From NCBI RefSeq assembly GCF_003334305.1, contig NZ_QOWS01000043.1: 10,116 nt of DNA. One strand, given 5' to 3'. Origin of the DNA: Escherichia coli (lineage in GTDB: Bacteria; Pseudomonadota; Gammaproteobacteria; Enterobacterales; Enterobacteriaceae). Of the stretch, positions 5,614 to 10,116 are shown in pieces. Below the pieces are notes generated by a model. That model was not told the DNA's origin, did not search any database, and worked only from the letters and a program-made list of their open reading frames with translations. Every line of letters begins with the position of its first letter. Within the stretch, counting starts at the first letter, position 1. A program made the position numbers and the translations under genes.

Positions 5614-6543
5614 ATGACCACGAAGAAAGCTGATTACATTTGGTTCAATGGGGAGATGGTTCGCTGGGAAGACGCGAAGGTGCATGTGATGTCGCACGCG
5701 CTGCACTATGGCACCTCGGTTTTTGAAGGCATCCGTTGCTACGACTCACACAAAGGACCGGTTGTATTCCGCCATCGTGAGCATATGCAGCGTCTGCATG
5801 ACTCCGCCAAAATCTATCGCTTCCCGGTTTCACAGAGCATTGATGAGCTGATGGAAGCTTGTCGTGACGTGATCCGCAAAAATAATCTCACCAGCGCCTA
5901 TATCCGTCCGCTGATCTTCGTCGGTGATGTTGGCATGGGAGTAAACCCGCCAGCGGGATACTCAACCGACGTGATTATCGCTGCTTTCCCGTGGGGAGCG
6001 TATCTGGGCGCAGAAGCGCTGGAGCAGGGGATCGATGCGATGGTTTCCTCCTGGAACCGCGCAGCACCAAACACCATCCCGACGGCGGCAAAAGCCGGTG
6101 GTAACTACCTCTCTTCCCTGCTGGTGGGTAGCGAAGCGCGCCGCCACGGTTATCAGGAAGGTATCGCGCTGGATGTGAACGGTTATATCTCTGAAGGCGC
6201 AGGCGAAAACCTGTTTGAAGTGAAAGATGGTGTGCTGTTCACCCCACCGTTCACCTCCTCCGCGCTGCCGGGTATTACCCGTGATGCCATCATCAAACTG
6301 GCGAAAGAGCTGGGAATTGATGTGCGTGAGCAGGTTCTGTCGCGCGAATCCCTGTACCTGGCGGATGAAGTGTTTATGTCCGGTACGGCGGCAGAAATCA
6401 CGCCAGTGCGCAGCGTAGACGGTATTCAGGTTGGCGAAGGCCGTTGTGGCCCGGTTACCAAACGCATTCAGCAAGCCTTCTTCGGCCTCTTCACTGGCGA
6501 AACCGAAGATAAATGGGGCTGGTTAGATCAAGTTAATCAATAA
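5614..6543 (+). CDS. ilvE: Branched-chain amino acid aminotransferase (PLP fold type IV), 309 aa
   Basis: ORF starting at ATG 5614 (MTTKKADYIWFNGEMVRWEDAKVHV...) preceded by AAGGA at 5601-5605. The track's 331-aa version starts at an upstream TTG (5548) inside ilvM and is an over-extension. Sequence matches IlvE as recalled. Confidence 0.92.
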   Translation: MTTKKADYIWFNGEMVRWEDAKVHVMSHALHYGTSVFEGIRCYDSHKGPVVFRHREHMQRLHDSAKIYRFPVSQSIDELMEACRDVIRKNNLTSAYIRPLIFVGDVGMGVNPPAGYSTDVIIAAFPWGAYLGAEALEQGIDAMVSSWNRAAPNTIPTAAKAGGNYLSSLLVGSEARRHGYQEGIALDVNGYISEGAGENLFEVKDGVLFTPPFTSSALPGITRDAIIKLAKELGIDVREQVLSRESLYLADEVFMSGTAAEITPVRSVDGIQVGEGRCGPVTKRIQQAFFGLFTGETEDKWGWLDQVNQ

Positions 6544-6552
6544 ATACAAAAA

Positions 6553-6577
6553 ATGGGACGGCACGCACCGTCCCATT
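6553..6577 (+). other. Intercistronic stem-loop between ilvE and ilvD (possible weak terminator / mRNA stability or processing element)
   Basis: Perfect 8-bp inverted repeat tgggacgg (6553-6560) / ccgtccca (6567-6574) with a 6-nt loop, preceded by an A-run and followed by only TTT. This is not a strong U-tract, so partial termination at most. Confidence 0.5.
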
Positions 6578-6607
6578 TACGAGACAGACACTGGGAGTAA
6601 ATAAAGT

Positions 6608-8458
6608 ATGCCTAAGTACCGTTCCGCCACCACCACTCATGGTCGTAATATGGCGGGTGCTCGTGCGCTGTGGCGCGCCACCGGAATGACCGACGCCGAT
6701 TTCGGTAAGCCGATTATCGCGGTTGTGAACTCGTTCACCCAATTTGTACCGGGTCACGTCCATCTGCGCGATCTCGGTAAACTGGTCGCCGAACAAATTG
6801 AAGCGGCTGGCGGCGTTGCCAAAGAGTTCAACACCATTGCGGTGGATGATGGGATTGCCATGGGCCACGGGGGGATGCTTTATTCACTGCCATCTCGCGA
6901 ACTGATCGCTGATTCCGTTGAGTATATGGTCAACGCCCACTGCGCCGACGCCATGGTCTGCATCTCTAACTGCGACAAAATCACCCCGGGGATGCTGATG
7001 GCTTCCCTGCGCCTGAATATTCCGGTGATCTTTGTTTCCGGCGGCCCGATGGAGGCCGGGAAAACCAAACTGTCCGATCAGATAATCAAACTCGATCTGG
7101 TTGATGCGATGATCCAGGGCGCAGACCCGAAAGTTTCTGACTCCCAGAGCGATCAGGTTGAACGTTCCGCGTGTCCGACCTGCGGCTCCTGCTCCGGGAT
7201 GTTTACCGCTAACTCAATGAACTGCCTGACCGAAGCGCTGGGTCTGTCGCAGCCGGGCAACGGCTCGCTGCTGGCAACCCACGCCGACCGTAAGCAGTTG
7301 TTCCTCAATGCCGGTAAACGCATTGTTGAATTGACCAAACGTTACTACGAGCAAAACGACGAAAGTGCACTGCCGCGCAATATTGCTAGCAAAGCGGCGT
7401 TTGAAAACGCCATGACGCTGGATATCGCGATGGGTGGATCGACTAACACCGTACTTCACCTGCTGGCGGCGGCGCAGGAAGCGGAAATCGACTTCACCAT
7501 GAGTGATATCGATAAGCTTTCCCGCAAGGTTCCACAGCTGTGTAAAGTTGCGCCGAGCACCCAGAAATACCATATGGAAGATGTTCACCGTGCTGGTGGT
7601 GTTATCGGTATTCTCGGCGAACTGGATCGCGCGGGGTTACTGAACCGTGATGTGAAAAACGTACTTGGCCTGACGTTGCCGCAAACGCTGGAACAATACG
7701 ACGTTATGCTGACCCAGGATGACGCGGTAAAAAATATGTTCCGCGCAGGTCCTGCAGGCATTCGTACCACACAGGCATTCTCGCAGGATTGCCGTTGGGA
7801 TTCTCTCGATGACGATCGCGCCAATGGCTGTATCCGCTCGCTGGAACACGCCTACAGCAAAGACGGCGGCCTGGCGGTGCTCTACGGTAATTTCGCAGAA
7901 AACGGCTGCATCGTTAAAACCGCGGGCGTCGATGACAGCATCCTCAAATTCACCGGCCCGGCGAAAGTGTACGAAAGCCAGGACGACGCGGTAGAAGCGA
8001 TCCTCGGTGGCAAAGTTGTCGCGGGCGATGTGGTGGTGATCCGCTATGAAGGCCCGAAAGGCGGCCCTGGCATGCAGGAAATGCTCTACCCAACCAGCTT
8101 CCTGAAATCAATGGGTCTCGGTAAAGCCTGTGCGCTGATCACCGACGGTCGTTTCTCTGGCGGCACCTCTGGTCTTTCCATCGGCCACGTCTCACCGGAA
8201 GCGGCAAGCGGCGGCAGCATTGGTCTGATTGAAGATGGTGACCTGATCGCTATCGACATCCCGAACCGTGGCATTCAGTTACAGGTAAGCGATGCCGAAC
8301 TGGCGGCGCGTCGTGAAGCGCAGGAAGCTCGGGGTGACAAAGCCTGGACGCCGAAAAACCGTGAACGTCAGGTTTCCTTTGCCCTGCGCGCCTACGCCAG
8401 CCTGGCAACCAGCGCCGACAAAGGTGCGGTGCGCGATAAATCGAAACTGGGGGGTTAA
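6608..8458 (+). CDS. ilvD: Dihydroxy-acid dehydratase, 616 aa
   Basis: 616-aa ORF starting [26 protein letters not shown]. Cysteine cluster [11 protein letters not shown] consistent with Fe-S cluster ligation in the IlvD/EDD dehydratase family. GGGAG upstream of the ATG. Confidence 0.95.
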   Translation: MPKYRSATTTHGRNMAGARALWRATGMTDADFGKPIIAVVNSFTQFVPGHVHLRDLGKLVAEQIEAAGGVAKEFNTIAVDDGIAMGHGGMLYSLPSRELIADSVEYMVNAHCADAMVCISNCDKITPGMLMASLRLNIPVIFVSGGPMEAGKTKLSDQIIKLDLVDAMIQGADPKVSDSQSDQVERSACPTCGSCSGMFTANSMNCLTEALGLSQPGNGSLLATHADRKQLFLNAGKRIVELTKRYYEQNDESALPRNIASKAAFENAMTLDIAMGGSTNTVLHLLAAAQEAEIDFTMSDIDKLSRKVPQLCKVAPSTQKYHMEDVHRAGGVIGILGELDRAGLLNRDVKNVLGLTLPQTLEQYDVMLTQDDAVKNMFRAGPAGIRTTQAFSQDCRWDSLDDDRANGCIRSLEHAYSKDGGLAVLYGNFAENGCIVKTAGVDDSILKFTGPAKVYESQDDAVEAILGGKVVAGDVVVIRYEGPKGGPGMQEMLYPTSFLKSMGLGKACALITDGRFSGGTSGLSIGHVSPEAASGGSIGLIEDGDLIAIDIPNRGIQLQVSDAELAARREAQEARGDKAWTPKNRERQVSFALRAYASLATSADKGAVRDKSKLGG

Positions 8459-8460
8459 TA

Positions 8461-10005
8461 ATGGCTGACTCGCAACCCCTGTCCGGTGCTCCGGAAGGTG
8501 CCGAATATTTAAGAGCAGTGCTGCGTGCGCCGGTTTACGAGGCGGCGCAGGTTACGCCGCTACAAAAAATGGAAAAACTGTCGTCGCGTCTTGATAACGT
8601 CATTCTGGTGAAGCGCGAAGATCGCCAGCCAGTGCACAGCTTTAAGCTGCGCGGCGCATACGCCATGATGGCGGGCCTGACGGAAGAACAAAAAGCGCAC
8701 GGCGTGATCACTGCTTCTGCGGGTAACCACGCGCAGGGCGTCGCGTTTTCTTCTGCGCGGTTAGGCGTGAAGGCCCTGATCGTTATGCCAACCGCCACCG
8801 CCGACATCAAAGTCGATGCGGTACGTGGATTCGGCGGCGAAGTGCTGCTTCATGGCGCGAACTTTGACGAAGCGAAAGCTAAAGCGATCGAACTGTCACA
8901 GCAGCAGGGGTTCACCTGGGTGCCGCCGTTCGACCATCCGATGGTGATTGCCGGGCAAGGCACGCTGGCGCTGGAACTGCTCCAGCAGGACGCCCATCTC
9001 GACCGCGTATTTGTGCCAGTCGGCGGCGGCGGTCTGGCGGCGGGCGTTGCGGTGCTGATCAAACAACTGATGCCACAAATCAAAGTGATCGCCGTAGAAG
9101 CGGAAGACTCCGCCTGCCTGAAAGCAGCGCTGGATGCGGGTCATCCGGTTGATCTGCCGCGCGTAGGGCTATTTGCTGAAGGCGTAGCGGTAAAACGCAT
9201 CGGTGACGAAACCTTCCGTTTATGCCAGGAGTATCTCGACGACATCATCACCGTCGATAGTGATGCGATCTGTGCGGCGATGAAGGATTTATTCGAAGAT
9301 GTGCGCGCGGTGGCGGAACCCTCTGGCGCGCTGGCGCTGGCGGGAATGAAAAAATATATCGCCCAGCACAACATTCGCGGCGAACGGCTGGCGCATATTC
9401 TTTCCGGTGCCAACGTGAACTTCCACGGCCTGCGCTACGTCTCGGAACGCTGCGAACTGGGCGAACAGCGTGAAGCGTTGTTGGCGGTGACCATTCCGGA
9501 AGAAAAAGGCAGCTTCCTCAAATTCTGCCAACTGCTTGGCGGGCGATCGGTCACCGAGTTCAACTACCGTTTTGCCGATGCCAAAAACGCCTGCATCTTT
9601 GTCGGCGTGCGCCTGAGCCGCGGCCTCGAAGAGCGCAAAGAAATTTTGCAGATGCTCAACGACGGCGGCTACAGCGTGGTGGATCTCTCCGACGACGAAA
9701 TGGCGAAGTTGCATGTGCGCTATATGGTCGGCGGGCGTCCGTCACATCCGTTGCAGGAACGCCTCTACAGCTTCGAATTCCCGGAATCACCGGGCGCGCT
9801 GCTGCGCTTCCTCAACACGCTGGGTACGCACTGGAACATTTCTTTGTTCCACTATCGCAGCCATGGCACCGACTACGGGCGCGTACTGGCGGCGTTCGAA
9901 CTCGGCGACCATGAACCGGATTTCGAAACCCGGCTAAATGAGCTGGGCTACGATTGCCACGACGAAACCAATAATCCGGCGTTCAGGTTCTTTTTGGCGG
10001 GTTAG
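8461..10005 (+). CDS. ilvA: Threonine deaminase (biosynthetic threonine dehydratase), 514 aa
   Basis: 514-aa ORF starting MADSQPLSGAPEGAEYLRAV with the PLP-lysine motif SFKLRGA and a C-terminal regulatory (ACT-like) region. It starts 2 nt after the ilvD stop, with a G-rich Shine-Dalgarno inside the ilvD 3' end. Confidence 0.95.
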   Translation: MADSQPLSGAPEGAEYLRAVLRAPVYEAAQVTPLQKMEKLSSRLDNVILVKREDRQPVHSFKLRGAYAMMAGLTEEQKAHGVITASAGNHAQGVAFSSARLGVKALIVMPTATADIKVDAVRGFGGEVLLHGANFDEAKAKAIELSQQQGFTWVPPFDHPMVIAGQGTLALELLQQDAHLDRVFVPVGGGGLAAGVAVLIKQLMPQIKVIAVEAEDSACLKAALDAGHPVDLPRVGLFAEGVAVKRIGDETFRLCQEYLDDIITVDSDAICAAMKDLFEDVRAVAEPSGALALAGMKKYIAQHNIRGERLAHILSGANVNFHGLRYVSERCELGEQREALLAVTIPEEKGSFLKFCQLLGGRSVTEFNYRFADAKNACIFVGVRLSRGLEERKEILQMLNDGGYSVVDLSDDEMAKLHVRYMVGGRPSHPLQERLYSFEFPESPGALLRFLNTLGTHWNISLFHYRSHGTDYGRVLAAFELGDHEPDFETRLNELGYDCHDETNNPAFRFFLAG

Positions 10006-10013
10006 GGAAAAAT

Positions 10014-10116
<103 letters not shown>

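Noticed and set aside
5512-6868. Minus-strand ORFs antisense to ilvE and the ilvD 5' end (5512-5706, 5645-5833, 5962-6474, 6183-6401, 6533-6868) and plus-strand 6227-6418
   Set aside because: The 170-aa ORF at 5962-6474 is the longest, but it lies entirely antisense to ilvE, whose frame shows clear aminotransferase homology. No independent start signals were seen.
6880-9937. Antisense or out-of-frame ORFs within ilvD and ilvA (for example 7214-7588 -, 7585-7824 -, 8535-8810 -, 9289-9714 -, 9713-9937 +)
   Set aside because: Embedded in strongly supported genes on the other strand or frame. High GC content inflates stop-free antisense frames.

Overview
This window is a well-characterised enterobacterial chromosomal locus (Escherichia coli or a very close relative), not a novel system. 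Reading left to right: the last two tRNAs of an rRNA operon (tRNA-Asp, missing its first base at the window edge, then tRNA-Trp) with an intrinsic terminator; hdfR (LysR-type regulator, minus strand); a divergent intergenic region carrying a 17-bp motif that I recall as the maoS site; maoP/yifE (plus); comM/yifB (Mg-chelatase-like AAA+ ATPase, minus, convergent with maoP across a shared bidirectional terminator); then the complete branched-chain amino acid operon ilvL-ilvX-ilvG-ilvM-ilvE-ilvD-ilvA on the plus strand, with its leader peptide and attenuator, followed by a convergent terminator and what is probably the 3' end of ilvY (minus). Every ORF over 100 aa is accounted for by these genes, and I see no CRISPR array, mobile element or unexplained gene cluster. 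The most notable points are: ilvG is intact at 548 aa (unlike the frameshifted K-12 allele); the ORF track over-extends the comM and ilvE starts; hdfR starts on GTG; and the ilvL leader is extremely rich in Leu/Val/Ile codons. All identifications rest on reading the sequence and recalled knowledge, since no database search was possible.
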